A stretch of 64,000 nucleotides of DNA, taken from assembly GCA_950097015.1 (NCBI GenBank), contig CATNEN010000001.1, positions 12,214,001-12,278,000 of the forward strand, written 5' to 3'. Each line of letters opens with the position of its first letter. Within the stretch, counting starts at the first letter, position 1. Made by a program: the position numbers and the translations under genes. Source of the stretch: Macrostomum hystrix (Eukaryota; Animalia; Platyhelminthes). Shown one piece after another: positions 13,446 through 26,087 of this stretch. The notes below the pieces were generated by a model. The model did not search any database and had not been told where the DNA came from. It saw nothing but the letters and a program-made list of their open reading frames with translations.

Positions 13446-13869
13446 AAATGGCTGCAGCAAATCAATACAGTGCTGGAATTAAGGAATGCGGGAATGAATC
13501 ATCCCTATCTCTACCTTGGTCCTCAATCTACGAGTACTTCAATCCTCACAACTGATATTCTCACCTGAGCTGGTCCACCGTGCTGGCCAATATGGCACTG
13601 ATTAGTAATAAAATGATTAATAAATTCAATCAACACAACAATCATCAGAGGCTGCTTTCAGACACTTTGACAGACCGACTTCCTGACACACAATCGCCTA
13701 AGAGATTATCGCCGACTAGGATTATTGCTAATAAATCATATAACTCACCCTGATTTACACAAAGCCAATCATTTATGATATACCCATGGCGATTTTGAGT
13801 GCGAACACGCAAAATTTCTCAATCACTATGATAGTAATTTATCATTTATTTTATTCCATTCTCGCTCAG

Positions 13870-13959
13870 GTACTCTGGGCCGAGCAGCAGATAGCCAGAC
13901 GAAGGGTCAAGCGAAATGCACCTGAGTCCTTCTCAACCGACAACAGGCCATTTGACCGG
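13870..13959 (+). CDS. Furin-like convertase exon with prodomain autocleavage site
   Basis: ctcag|GTA...CGG|gtaagt; VLWAEQQIARRRVKR, canonical R-X-K-R junction. Confidence 0.93.
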
Positions 13960-13970
13960 GTAAGTCGGCG

Positions 13971-14820
13971 TGATCCAACCAGCACACTGAATGATCCACC
14001 CTACACACTGAATGACCCACCCAGCACACTGAATGATCCACCCTACACACTGAATGACCCACCCAGCACACTGAATGATCCACCCTACACACTGAATGAC
14101 CCACCCAGCACACTGAATGATCCACCCTACACACTGAATGACCCACCCTACACACTGAATGACCCACCCTACACACTGAATGATCCACCCTACACACTGA
14201 ATGATCCCCCCTGCCCACTGAATGATCCACCCTGCCCACTGAATGATCCACCCTGCCCACTGAATGATCCACCCTACACACTGAATGACCCACCCAGCAC
14301 ACTGAATGATCCACCCTACACACTGAATGATCCACCCTGCCCACTGAATGATCCACCCTGCCCACTGAATGATCCACCCTGCACACTGAATGATCCACCC
14401 TGCACACTGAATGATCCACCCTGCCCACTGAATGATCCACCCTGCACACTGAATGATCCACCCTGCCCACTGAATGATCCACCCTGCCCACTGAATGATC
14501 CACCCTGGCCACTGAATGATCCACCCTGCCCACTGAATGATCCACCCTGCACACTGAATGATCCACCCTGCCCACTGAATGATCCACCCTGCCCACTGAA
14601 TGATCCACACTGCACACTGAATGATCCACCCTGCCCACTGAATGATCCACCCTGCCCACTGAATGATCCACCCTGCCCACTGAATTATCCACCCTGCCCA
14701 CTGAATGATCCACCCTGCACACTGAATGATCCACCCTGCACACTGAATGACCCACCCTACACACTGAATGACCCACCCTACACACTGAATGACCCACCCT
14801 GCACACCAAATGACCCCGCC
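13971..14820. repeat. 21-bp minisatellite (CTGAATGATCCACCCTGC[A/C]CA) filling a furin intron
   Basis: About 40 copies, starting ~10 nt after the donor. Confidence 0.95.
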
Positions 14821-14853
14821 ACTAAATAAGCCGCAAATTCGCATGCCAATCAG

Positions 14854-14967
14854 GACCTGAGGATTCAACAGCGACTCTACAGGCAAAGATTTCAAAGTCG
14901 CAGTTCAACAGCTTGGGAGAACGGCGTCAATATGAACGACGAAAAGTGGAATAAAATGTGGTACATG
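14854..14967 (+). CDS. Furin-like convertase exon, start of catalytic domain
   Basis: aatcag|GAC...ATG|gtgagt; MNDEKWNKMWYM matches the convertase NDPxWxxxWYL motif. Confidence 0.88.
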
Positions 14968-15096
14968 GTGAGTTTAGCAAAGCTGCTAGCACACTAAGCC
15001 CCCTTGGGGGGCACTACTGTTCAGAGAAAAAGTATTGTGTAATTCAGAAGGACAAAACACACCTGAAAGCAAACAAAAAACGAAGACTAAAAAACT

Positions 15097-15282
15097 GCAG
15101 CAGAGAACTAATGTCCCCCCAGCAGCAGAGAACCAATGTCCCCCCCAGCAGCAGAGAAACAATGTTCCCTCAGCAGCAGAGAACCAATGTTCCCTCAGCA
15201 GCAGAGAACCAATGTTCCCTCAGCAGCAGAGAACTGATGTCCCCTCAGTAGCAAATAAACAATGTCCCCCCAGCAGCAGCTA
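15097..15282. repeat. ~25-bp tandem repeat (CAGCAGCAGAGAACCAATGTTCCCT)
   Basis: Direct observation. Confidence 0.85.
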
Positions 15283-17024
15283 TTTAATCACAACCCTTTA
15301 GCAGCTTGCCCGAAAGAGCTTGATTCGAAATCAATTTCAAAGTCAGGATCTGGATCAGCACATGCGGCAGCGGTGGCCGTCGCAGCACTGGCTATCACAC
15401 CCCAATGGTCCTCAACCGGCAACCAATGCCCTTCACTGTTAGACACATTTAGAAAACTGTTGCAGAAACTCAATTCTCCCCCATTCTGAAGGCAACCAAT
15501 GCCTCTCAACCGACAACCAATGCTCTTCACTGTTAGACACATTTAGAAAACTGTTAGACTCCTTTATAAACTGTTCAACGCATAAAAAACTTTTAGACAC
15601 ATTTAGAAATATTTTAGACGCGTTTAGAAAACTGTTGGACACATCAGAAAACTGTTATATACATGTTGGACACGTTTTAACTTGTGCTACAGATGCAGTT
15701 GGTATGCAGGCTGACAAAACTGGCTCTGATTTGATGCATTAAAAATCCTTTCTAAAACAGTTTTCGAATATTTAATCCCCTTAGCAATGCAGTCAAACTT
15801 AATAAAAATACTTGTATGTGTCCCCAAATTTGGCATATTTTGGTAAAGAAATGGTGAGAATCGGTTGAGCCGTTCGGGAGAAAATCAGTTACAAGCAACC
15901 AAGCAAGCATTGCATTTTTTGTATATTAGAAGACTAGCAACCAAGAGCTCCCATTTGGGGAAGAAAATTACGCTTTGCAGCCCATGAGAAGAAGAAAAAT
16001 TTAAAATAAGCAGCCTCCGTCGATAATTCATTCTACTCCCTCCATAAGTCATGCTACCCCTTGGATAAGTCATGCTACGCCTTCGATAAATTAATCTATC
16101 CTCTTGAAAAAATTGTTATACCCTTAATGTAATTATGTTATCCCGTGGATCTCATTCTTTCTCCTGGAAATCTAATGCTATTCCTTTAAGTTATTCCCTA
16201 GATATCTAATGATTTTCGTTACAAATATTATGCCATTTACTAGATATCTCATGCATACTATCCATTGATATCTAGTTATCAACATATATCTACGAGCTAC
16301 ATCTCTATGTTATTTAGTTTCATACTTTATTCGTAATAAGGCTTTTAAAATGTTAAATAATATTATTTGCTGTAAGGCTTGAAAAAAACGCTTAATTTAT
16401 AATAATAAGATAATAATAATAATAATAATAATAGTAAAAATAAAATAATAATAACACCATCAGTTATGATTTAAATATTTTATCCTAGTTTGGAAAGTAA
16501 ATTTAAAAATAAAATAACGCGAACAGCTATGCTCAAACAGTCTTCATTTTATTTTTAATCTTATTGAATATGGGATGCAAGAATGCTAGAAAAAAACGTA
16601 AAAATTTAAAATGAACAGCGCTTTGCTCAAAGTATTTTCTTATATTTCTGAATCCAAAAAACACTTGCAAATATGCTCGGATTTTTTTCTCAGTTTTTTT
16701 GTATCGAATAAAACTTGTTGCTAGACTCGAAAAAAAAATTTTTTCTCTGAGCGAGAAGAGTAATTAAGGGAAAAATATTTGCGTTTTCAGTAGCAAATCA
16801 GTAGGTCTTACTATTAACAGTTAATTGTACCCAAAAACGAAAAAAATGAAGTTATACTTACATTTTTTATGTTAATGATAGAATATTACAAAAAAGAGCA
16901 GAAACGATTGAGAATCTTATACTGAAATTTGACCTGCATTCAGGAAAACAAAAGCACCAATAAACCTCTCGGAGCTAGATGAAAAGAAAGCACAATGATC
17001 GAAGTCGGGATCATTTGACAATAA

Positions 17025-17600
17025 CGATAATTCATGCTTCCCCCTAGATAATCCATGCTTCCCCCTAGATAATCCATGCTTCCCCCTAGATAATTCATGC
17101 TTCCCCCTAGATAATCCATGCTTCCCCCTAGATAATCCATGCTTCCCCCTAGATAATCCATGCTTCCCCCTAGATAATCCATGCTTCCCCCTAGATAATT
17201 CATGCTTCCCCCTAGATAATCCATGCTTCCCCCTAGATAATCCATGCTTCCCCCTAGATAATTCATGCTTCCCCCTAGATAATCCATGCTTCCCCCTAGA
17301 TAATCCATGCTTCCCCCTAGATAATTCATGCTTCCCCCTAGATAATCCATGCTTCCCCCTAGATAATCCATGCTTCCCCCTAGATAGTTCATGCTCCCCC
17401 CTCGATAATTTATGCTTCCCCCTAGATAATTCATGCTTCCCCCTAGATAATCCATGCTTCCCCCTAGATAATCCATGCTTCCCCCTAGATAATCCATGCT
17501 TCCCCCTAGATAATCCATGCTTCCCCCTAGATAATCCATGCTTCCCCCTAGATAATCCATGCTTCCCCCTAGATAGTTCATGCTCCCCCTCGATAATTTA
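17025..17600. repeat. 21-bp minisatellite (GATAATCCATGCTTCCCCCTA)
   Basis: About 27 copies; degenerate units also near 16020-16200 and 18020-18120. Confidence 0.93.
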
Positions 17601-18354
17601 TATTTCTCCTTGATTATTTATATTTCCCGGTCAAAAAATTAATTTTTACGCTTACGCTTAATTAAAACGCTATAGAGCTATAAGAGCTATAATACTCGGA
17701 AAAAACGTTAAACGCTAAACGTTTGAATATTATAGCGATCGCAACAATGCTCAAAACACTCAAGAATAATAAGAACCGCAATGCTAAAACGTTACAATTT
17801 AAAAACAAAAAACGCTGATAGCTTTGCTTCAAATACTATCGTATAGTTATAAATCTGATTAAGCTGACTATGCTCGAAAAAAATTTCCTTAGTTTTGTAC
17901 GGAATAACGCTTGCTGCGGAATAAGAACTTGAAAAACTATTTCTTTCTTACTATATTAATACTCGTACCCAAAAAGAGCTTAATAAAAATGTAAATAGAA
18001 AACAGTTACTTACTAATTTTCCTCGATAAATTATGCTTCCCCTCTAAATATCAATGCTAACCCCTAAATAAATTATTCAATCCTTTTGGAAAATATGTGC
18101 ATTATCTTATCCCCTGGAAATCTCATTCTTTCTCATTGTAATCTCATACAATCTCTTCAAGAAACCAGAAATCATCATTCCCTTGATATCGAATGCTTTT
18201 CTTCACAAATTTACAGCCAATTCGCAGTAAAAACTAATGCTATCTGTGCTAGTTTCCAATTTCGGGATTCTGATCAGATGATCGTTGTGCGGAGGCGCTG
18301 GTTTGCTAGTAACGGTCTTAGACGGCGGCGGCGGGGGTTCGTTTCCTGTCTTCC

Positions 18355-19180
18355 CGTCCTCTATCTACCTGTTCTCTATCTACCTGTCCTCTATCTACCT
18401 GTCCTCTAACTACCTTTCCTCTATCTACCTGTCCTCTATCTACCTGTCCTCTATCTACCTGTTCTCTATCTACCTGTCCTCTATCTACCTGTCCTCTATC
18501 TACCTGTCCTCTATCTACCTGTCCTCTATCTACCTGTCCTCTATCTACCTGTCCTCTATCTAACTTTCCTCTATCTACCTGTACTCTATCTACCTGTCCT
18601 CTATCTACCTGTCCTCTATCTACCTGTCCTCTATCTACCTGTCCTCTATCTACCTGTCCTCTATCTACCTGTCCTCTATCTACCTGTCCTCTATCTACCT
18701 GTCCTCTATCTACCTGTCCTCTATCTACCTGTCCTCTATCTACCTGTCCTCTATCTACCTGTCCTCTATCTACCTGTCCTCTATCTACCTGTCCTCTATC
18801 TACCTATCCTCTATCTACCTGTCCTCTATCTACCTGTCTTCTATCTACCTGTCCTCTATCTACCTGTCTTCTATCTACCTGTCCTCTATCTACCTGTCTT
18901 CTATCTACCTGTCCTCTATCTAACTGTCCTCTATCTACCTGTCCTCTATATACCTGTCCAGTATCTACCTGTCCTCTATCTACCTGTCCTCTATCTACCT
19001 GTCCTCTATCTACCTGTCCTCTATCTACCTGTCCTCTATCTACCTGTCCTCTAACTACCTGTCCTCTATCTACCTGTCCTCTATCTACCTGTCCTCTATC
19101 TACCTGTCCTCTATCTACCTGTCCTCTATCTACCTGTCCTCTATCTACCTGTCCTCTATCTACCTGTCCTCTATCTACCC
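18355..19180. repeat. 15-bp minisatellite (CTATCTACCTGTCCT)
   Basis: About 55 copies. Confidence 0.95.
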
Positions 19181-19670
19181 TATAAAGTTTGTATATTCAC
19201 TTCCTCATTATCTAAATTCTTTCCCCACGCATCAAGATCATACAAAGTTCCTCTTAAAACAATCCCAAATTCTTCGCGGTATCCTTGAAGTCTGAAGCCG
19301 CGAATTGATGTGCAAATTATTCGCCAACACTGAAAAAATCGCTCGGCCCGCATAATGCGTTTCACCTTTCCGTTCGATTTGTGTTTATTTATCTTGCAGA
19401 CACCTTTGTCCCATGACCGCCTTTGACGCAGGATGTGTGTGCGAATAGAGCAAGAGGGACGGATTGGGAGAATTTCCCTATTTTTGTCGGGATGTGCATT
19501 TTGGTGGGAATAAGAATAAAGGCAGATAAGTTCCTCTGTGTTTATGCGATGTCTTTCGTCCCACCAGCTTCAGGTGATGCGACACATCCATAATGGTCAG
19601 GTGGTGGTACTTTTGTGTATGTGTGTGCCTGCTTGTATGCGCACGCAACGGAGTGAAAGTTCAAGTTCAA

Positions 19671-19763
19671 AGCAGCAGCAACAGCAGCAGCAGCAGCAAA
19701 AGCAGTAGAAGCAGCAGCAAGTGCTTAATTTAGTGCAGAATTTACTGCAAAAGAAGCTGCAAA

Positions 19764-19794
<31 letters not shown>

Positions 19795-19852
19795 GCAGCA
19801 GAAGCAGCAGCAGCAGCAGTATAGCAGCAGAAGCAGCAGAAGCAGCGGCAGT

Positions 19853-19894
<42 letters not shown>

Positions 19895-20026
19895 GGCTGT
19901 AGCAGCATTTGCAGCAGCAGAAGCAGCAGCAGTAGCAGCATTTGCAGCAGCAGAAGCAGCAGCAGTAGCAGAAGCAGCAGCAGTAGCAGCAGCAGCAGCA
20001 GTAGCAGAAGCAGCAGCAGTAGCAGC

Positions 20027-20059
<33 letters not shown>

Positions 20060-20360
20060 GGCTGTAGCAGCATTTGCAGCAGCAGAACCAGCAGCAGTAG
20101 CAGCATTTGCAGCAGCAGAACCAGCAGCAGTAGCAGCATTTGCAGCAGCAGAAGCAGCAGCAGCAGCAGCAGCGGCTGTAGCAGCATTTGCAGCAGCAGA
20201 AGCAGCGGCTGTAGCAGCATTTGCAGCAGCAGAAGCAGCAGCAGTAGCAGCAGCAGCAGCAGTAGCAGAAGCAGCAGCAGTAGCAGCAGCAGCAGCAGTA
20301 GCAGCAGCAGCAGCAACAGCGGCTATAGTAGCGTTTGCAGCAGCAGAAGTAGCAGCAGCA
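19671..20360. repeat. Interrupted (CAG)n trinucleotide tract
   Basis: CAG/TAG/AAG mix with higher-order units; intronic. Confidence 0.93.
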
Positions 20361-21016
20361 AAAGCGATGGAATCGGTCGATTCTGGCTTCGCCTATAGAC
20401 AATTTAATAGGAAGTCCATCCTAAGCTATCTCATCTTATCACCCGACACGGTGAAAGGACAGAATTTTTGCAGATAAATATACTGCTAATACTAATGCCA
20501 CCCCATTTTTGGTTGCTGGCGTCACCAATATATACAAATTCTTTCTTATCGCTATTTTGTGTGTTTGTTCGTTTGTGGGTGAGCGGAATGGAATCTAAAA
20601 TGCCGATAAGAATACGAAGGCTCTGGGGATCAGATAGGGACCATAAATGCACATATAGATTTAGTTGGGATCAGAGAGTACGGTAGTTTAGGCATTGTGG
20701 CTATATTCCTATACTGGTGCAGTTGAGCTTTTATAGCTTTGACAGCGATTCGCGATTGATGCGTGATATGTCTCAGTTTCTTGCAGTATTTTAAACTCTA
20801 AGTTAAGGAAAATGTGACTCTGGAAATCTGAATTGCGTTTAGAGTGTGTAAGGGTTGGAAGTGACTGCAAGGAGAAATGTCAGACGACAATGGGAGAGAG
20901 GGGAGAAATGGGAGAGAGGGGCGGGTAAGTTCTAGATAGAGGGGAGAATGAGAGTTGCACCAAGCCAATTCGATAGTATCCTAGTTGGCCAAGCCACCAC
21001 TTTTCACACTTCGCAG

Positions 21017-21166
21017 AACGACGAGCCGCGCCAGCACGATGGCATCACGGCGCCGAGCATGAACATCCGGCAAGCCTGGCAGATGGGATTCCGCGGCCAG
21101 AATGTCGTCGTCTGCGTCCTGGACGATGGCATCGAGAAGCAACACCCGGACCTGCGGCAAAACTAT
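21017..21166 (+). CDS. Furin-like convertase exon with catalytic Asp
   Basis: tcgcag|AAC...TAT|gtgagt; MNIRQAWQMGFRGQNVVVCVLDDGIEKQHPDLRQNY. Confidence 0.95.
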
Positions 21167-21199
21167 GTGAGTAGTTAAGCCTGCACCTTCATCTTTAAA

Positions 21200-21540
21200 A
21201 TTAATAAAAATAATTGCAGGAGGCTTGCAGGCAATGGCACATCATTTAGTGACCATTGACAGTTGGAGGCAATTCTGCCCATTTCGCTGACACACACGCA
21301 CACAGATACTGTACACAGGCACACACTCACACAGGTTTATACATCTGCCCTGACTTCCTCATCGTCAGGCAGTGTAAACTTTCACTTTGCCTAGGAGATA
21401 AGCCCGTCAAGGACGCAAATTGCATGACAAGCCCCAAAACATCTCCGCGGCTGCGCCCTAAATAAATGCGGCCTCGCCGCGGAATCGAGCTCAGGGACCT
21501 TGGTGCGAGAGGCAAACCCGTTAAACGCTCTGCCACTCAG
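21200..21540 (-). mobile_element. tRNA-derived SINE family B, copy 1
   Basis: Colinear with 24618-24975; minus-strand head TGGCAGAGCG (A-box-like) ... GAGCTCGATTCC (B-box-like); T/TTA-rich tail. Confidence 0.75.
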
Positions 21541-22862
21541 GTCTTATCGTTATACTTAAATTTTAATTACCCTTTAATTTTAATTACCCCTGCTGATGCT
21601 GGCACACATTTATTAGCTTTTATTTATCAGTAGAAAAAAATATTTAGAACTTCGGACCTCTTATTTTACAATCCACTGATTTCCCTTGTTCCATGCACTT
21701 AAAAAAATATTTTTCCCACAATTCTCAAAGAAATAACGTCTGTGGATAATCTGAAAAAGACAAGTTGACATTCGTCAGAGTGGTAGACCATTTCTTTAAT
21801 TACTTCTAAAAGCAAAGTTAGTTTTTGTTCAAATTATTGAAAGTGCTTTTCTGTCTGCCAGTTGACAAAAGAAAACAAAATAAAAGACGTTTTTTCAGAA
21901 GTCTTTTTCAGCTCCATTGCGCAGAGATTTAAAGTGCAGTCAGCTGACTTTCGCTGATGTTTAGTTTTTGTATAAGGAAAGACTTTTGTGTGAAGCTTTT
22001 TGCTTTTCAGAAATAAATCACCGTCTGAAATTAAACAAGAGCCGTTATGTTTTGTTATAATTTTCCATTGCATAATAACTTATTATGTAGCTATAGCTAT
22101 AAAGCTATAACTTTCCATTTGTGCCCAAGATGTTCCAAGATCCCATCCGATTCAAGCTTATCCACCTCCCGGCGCACCCGAGTTTGGGAATATTCAGTCA
22201 AACAGCCGGTCTGAGATCGAATCAGCAATAAACTTGGAAGCGAGCCCCCCCAACAACTCGCCACTTGAGAGGCGAACTCTGATTAGCCTCTCAAAAATCC
22301 TCCCCACTTCATTCAGCGGGGTCGCCTCCGGGGATTTTCTGATCTCAAATTTTTTTTGTTGGCAGATTCTTCAAAGCCGTGACGTCATCATAGGATTAGG
22401 CCCAAACTCTCCAGGATCAACACTTCAAACCTCATAACTGGTCTCTCTCACAGATTCATCCGGCATATTTTCCTTCTATATTCTATACTAAGAAAAGAAA
22501 TCGATACAGTTTAGGCTAGGGGTCATTGGTTGCGTGCCAAATCACAATGACTCAGAGATTTGACGGAGCAGTGGAGTGAACCCGATAGACGGACTCAGAC
22601 TCAGAGACTATGTTTTTGGCTGCCCCGCTTGGTCGAGCATGAAATCAAGGTTTTTTAGGATTAACAGCCGAAGCATAAAAGGCTGGCAATGGGATCTGCA
22701 TAGGCATATTGTTGTGCATTAATTCATGTTAAAATTCAATACAATCGAATAACATAGTAAGACCGAACACACTATAAAATATAATATATATTATAACGGA
22801 AGGACAGGATCTGTAAAAATATGAAATCAAGCCAAAGCAACATTATTTCCTTTACCGTTCAG

Positions 22863-22939
22863 GACCAAAAAGCGTCATTCGATGCCAATAGCAACGACGA
22901 CGATCCGTCAGCCAGGCCAACCAAGAATGACGAAAACAA
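22863..22939 (+). CDS. Furin-like convertase exon
   Basis: ttcag|GAC...AA|gtgagg; DQKASFDANSNDDDPSARPTKNDEN. Confidence 0.93.
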
Positions 22940-23069
22940 GTGAGGAACTTGCTACTCAATAGAGTAGTGTCTTGTGCCTTTTAAATCTATTTTTATCGAA
23001 TTACAAATATATATTTTATGCAAATTTCGCAACATTTCGGCTTCAATCCTTCTCTCTTGCTTTTGCCAG

Positions 23070-23158
23070 GCACGGCACTCGTTGCGCTGGTCAAATAGCC
23101 GCGTTAGGCAATAACCGGCACTGCATCCCGGGAATCGCTTACGAGGCCAGGATTGGCG
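23070..23158 (+). CDS. Furin-like convertase exon with catalytic His
   Basis: gccag|G CAC...G|gtgaga; [29 protein letters not shown]. Confidence 0.95.
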
Positions 23159-23187
23159 GTGAGAGACGGCCGGTGCGCTGACCACAG

Positions 23188-23997
23188 GACACAATGACCT
23201 CTGCGAAACACAATGACCTCTGCGAAACACAATGACCTCTGCGAAACACAATGACCTCTGCGAAACACAATGACCTCTGCGAAACACAATGACCTCTGCG
23301 AAACACAATGACCTCTGCGAAACACAATGACCTCTGCGAAACACAATGACCTCTGCGAAACACAATGACCTCTGCGAAACACAATGACCTCTGCGAAACA
23401 CAATGACCTCTGCGAAACACAACATGACCCAACCTTCATAGACACAACATGAACAAACCTTCAAAGACACAACAGGACCTATCCCTCATAGACACAACAT
23501 GACCCAACCTTCAAAGACACAACAGGACCCAACCTTCAAAGACACAACAGGACCTATCCCTCATAGACACAACATGACCCAACCTTCAAAGACACAACAG
23601 GACCTATCCCTCAAAGACACAACATGACCCAACCTTCAAAGACACAACAGGACCTATCCCTCCCTCATAGACACAACATGACCCAACCTTCAAAGACACA
23701 ACAGGACCCAACCTTCAAAGACACAACAGGACCTATCCCTCATAGACACAACATGACCCAACCTTCAAAGACACAACAGGACCTATCCCTCAAAGACACA
23801 ACATGACCCAACCTTCAAAGACACAACAGGACCTATCCCTCATAGACACAACATGACCCAACCTTCAAAGACACAACAGGACCTATCCCTCATAGACACA
23901 ACATGACCCAACCTTCAAAGACACAACAGGACCTATCCCTCATAGACACAACATGACCCAACCTTCAAAGACACAACATGACCCAACCCTCAAAGAC
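23188..23997. repeat. Compound array: 19-bp (CACAATGACCTCTGCGAAA) grading into 25-bp (ACACAACATGACCCAACCTTCAAAG) units
   Basis: Direct observation. Confidence 0.92.
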
Positions 23998-24054
23998 TAT
24001 GAATCGAAAGTGAATACCAAGTCTTATGCACATTGACTCGAAAAAGAAGATATG

Positions 24055-24175
24055 GCACAAACACACTTGGATGAGCATCTGCCCTGATCTTGTCAGGTAG
24101 TGTACGCTCTCACTGTGGGTTGCCTTTCAAGGGCGTAAGTCACAAATCAATGTGGCCTCGCCGCGGATTCGAGGG
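24055..24175 (-). mobile_element. SINE family B, degenerate fragment
   Basis: Shares CATCTGCCCTGA...GTCAGG.AGTGTAC.CTC.CACTGTG...TCAAGGG and AATGTGGCCTC with the other two copies. Confidence 0.6.
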
Positions 24176-24241
24176 ATTCAGAAAGCCTTGTTCTGAATGA
24201 CAAGCTTTCAAGCGATCAACCACTCACCAACTAAACTTCAG

Positions 24242-24602
24242 CCATTCGCATGCTGGACGGTGAGGTGACAGACACGGTTGAGACGGTCTCGCTGAGCTAC
24301 CAGACGCACTACATCGACATCTATTCGTCCAGCTGGGGTCCGGAGGACGACGGAAAAACCGTGGAAGGCCCGGGCCGCCTGACACAGCAGGCGTTTCAAA
24401 TCGGCGCGCAGTCAGGCCGAGCCGGCCTGGGCTCCATCTACATCTGGGCCAGTGGTAACGGAGGCCAGAAGGGAGACAACTGCAACACGGACGGCTACAC
24501 GAACAGCATCTACACCCTGTCCGTGAACTCCGTGTCAGAGTTCGGCTCTGTGCCCTGGTACAGTGAGCCCTGCTCATCTACGATGGCAGCCACCTACTCA
24601 AG
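24242..24602 (+). CDS. Furin-like convertase exon with oxyanion-hole Asn
   Basis: [10 protein letters not shown]...[20 protein letters not shown]...[10 protein letters not shown]...[11 protein letters not shown]...[15 protein letters not shown]; AG/GT borders in phase. Confidence 0.97.
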
Positions 24603-24617
24603 GTGAGTATAATAAGT

Positions 24618-24975
24618 ATAAAAATAATAATTGCAGGAGGGCTGCGGGCAATGGCACATCATTTTGTGACACTAGACCCGCAACCAGCGAGGAGGCAATT
24701 CTGCCCATTTCGCTGACTCCTGAGCACACACACACACAGATACCGTACCCAGGCACACACTCACACAGGTGTGTTCATCTGCCCTGACTTTCTCATCGTC
24801 AGGCAGTGTACACTCGCACTGTGCCTTGGTGGTTGGCCCGTCAAGGGCCGCGTAAATTAAGCCCCCCAAGCTTTCTCTCCACCGCTGCGCCCCAAATGAA
24901 TGTGGCCTCACCTCGGAATCGAGCTCAGGTACCTGGGCGCAATGGGCAAACGCGTTAGACCGCTCTGCCACTCAT
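24618..24975 (-). mobile_element. tRNA-derived SINE family B, copy 2
   Basis: Head TGGCAGAGCGGTCTAACGCG...GAGCTCGATTCC; colinear with 21200-21540. Confidence 0.75.
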
Positions 24976-25107
24976 CCCCACTCCAGGTGAGTAGCTCTTT
25001 ATCTAAGATCAAGATTTTCCTGCATTTGACTTTGGTGACTCGCCTGGTAAATTGGTGACATTCTGAAGATCGCAAACCTAGTACACCAAAGACGCAAAAT
25101 CTTGCAG

Positions 25108-25669
25108 CGGTGAGGAGAAGAAGGAGCGAGCCATCATCACAACGGACCTGCACGGCAGGTGCACCGAGGGTCACACCGGAACCAGCGCCAGCGCCCCGAT
25201 CGCTGCGGGCATCGCCGCTCTGGTTCTGTCAGCAAATCCTTCTCTCACCTGGCGTGACATGCAGCACCTGGTCGTCCGCTCAGCCAATCCGTCGCCCTAC
25301 CTGAAGTCCAGAGAGTGGCGAGTCAACGGGGTCGGCCGGCGGGTGTCGCATGACTTCGGCTTCGGCCTGATGGACGCCGCGGCCATGACGCGCCTGGCGT
25401 TGAACTGGAGCCGGGTGCCGGAGCAGAGGACCTGCGAGCTGCGGCTGCCGGCCGCTGCCCTGCCCGCTGAGGTGGCTCCCAACTATGAGCACACCTTCAG
25501 GCTGTACTCAGATGGCTGTCTGGGTACAGGAAATCGCGTCCAGTACCTGGAGCACGTGCAGGCCAAGGTGTCGCTGATTGCCAGCGTCCGTGGCCGTGTA
25601 CAGCTCTGGCTGCGCTCACCGCTGGGAACAGTCAGCCAGCTGCTCACAAAGCGGAAATTCGACCAACAG
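25108..25669 (+). CDS. Furin-like convertase exon with catalytic Ser and start of P domain
   Basis: IITTDLHGRCTEGHTGTSASAPIAAG...LTWRDMQHLVV...SHDFGFGLMDA...YLEHVQA...RSPLGT. Confidence 0.97.
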
Positions 25670-25748
25670 GTGAGTGAAAAATCTTGAAGCTACCTGAAAG
25701 ATTATAGAAAAGTTGATGAATATTAAAATCTCTGATTTCACTGCGCAG

Positions 25749-25851
25749 GGCAACTCAGGATTTCACGAGTGGCCATTCATGACGGTACACAACTGGGGCG
25801 AGACCTCTAACGGTACCTGGAGGCTTATGATTCGCTGCGATGACTGCACAG
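25749..25851 (+). CDS. Furin-like convertase P-domain exon
   Basis: gcgcag|GGC...G|gtgagt; GFHEWPFMTVHNWGETSNGTWRLMI. Confidence 0.95.
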
Positions 25852-26087
25852 GTGAGTGACAGGTTGCATATTCTCTTTCTGGGTTTCGGAGCCCAATGCC
25901 CGGAGCACATTGCTTGGGTACACCACCTGATGATAATTAGGTCAGGGTTAGATTTTACTCTGAAATCACTCTCTTGCGGCTTTGAGTTGACTCTTGCCAA
26001 ACGATGTCCCAAAAGTACTGAAAATAGTAATTTAAATTTTTATAGTCCGATGATTAACCGCAGCGGCACTCCACCCCCGATTCACAG

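Noticed and set aside
19597-20402. Poly-Q/poly-S/poly-L protein
   Set aside because: Intronic CAG tract; the convertase exons on either side join in frame without it
24672-24700. HDV-like ribozyme motif GCCTCCTCGCTGG on the minus strand
   Set aside because: No upstream P1 partner or P1.1 GG, and it is absent from the sister copy at 21200-21540
24700-24810. Hammerhead ribozyme in SINE B (minus strand CTGACGA...GAAA), by analogy with schistosome SINEs
   Set aside because: Stem II closing pair and stem III/UH geometry do not form; CTGACGA lies in a different hairpin
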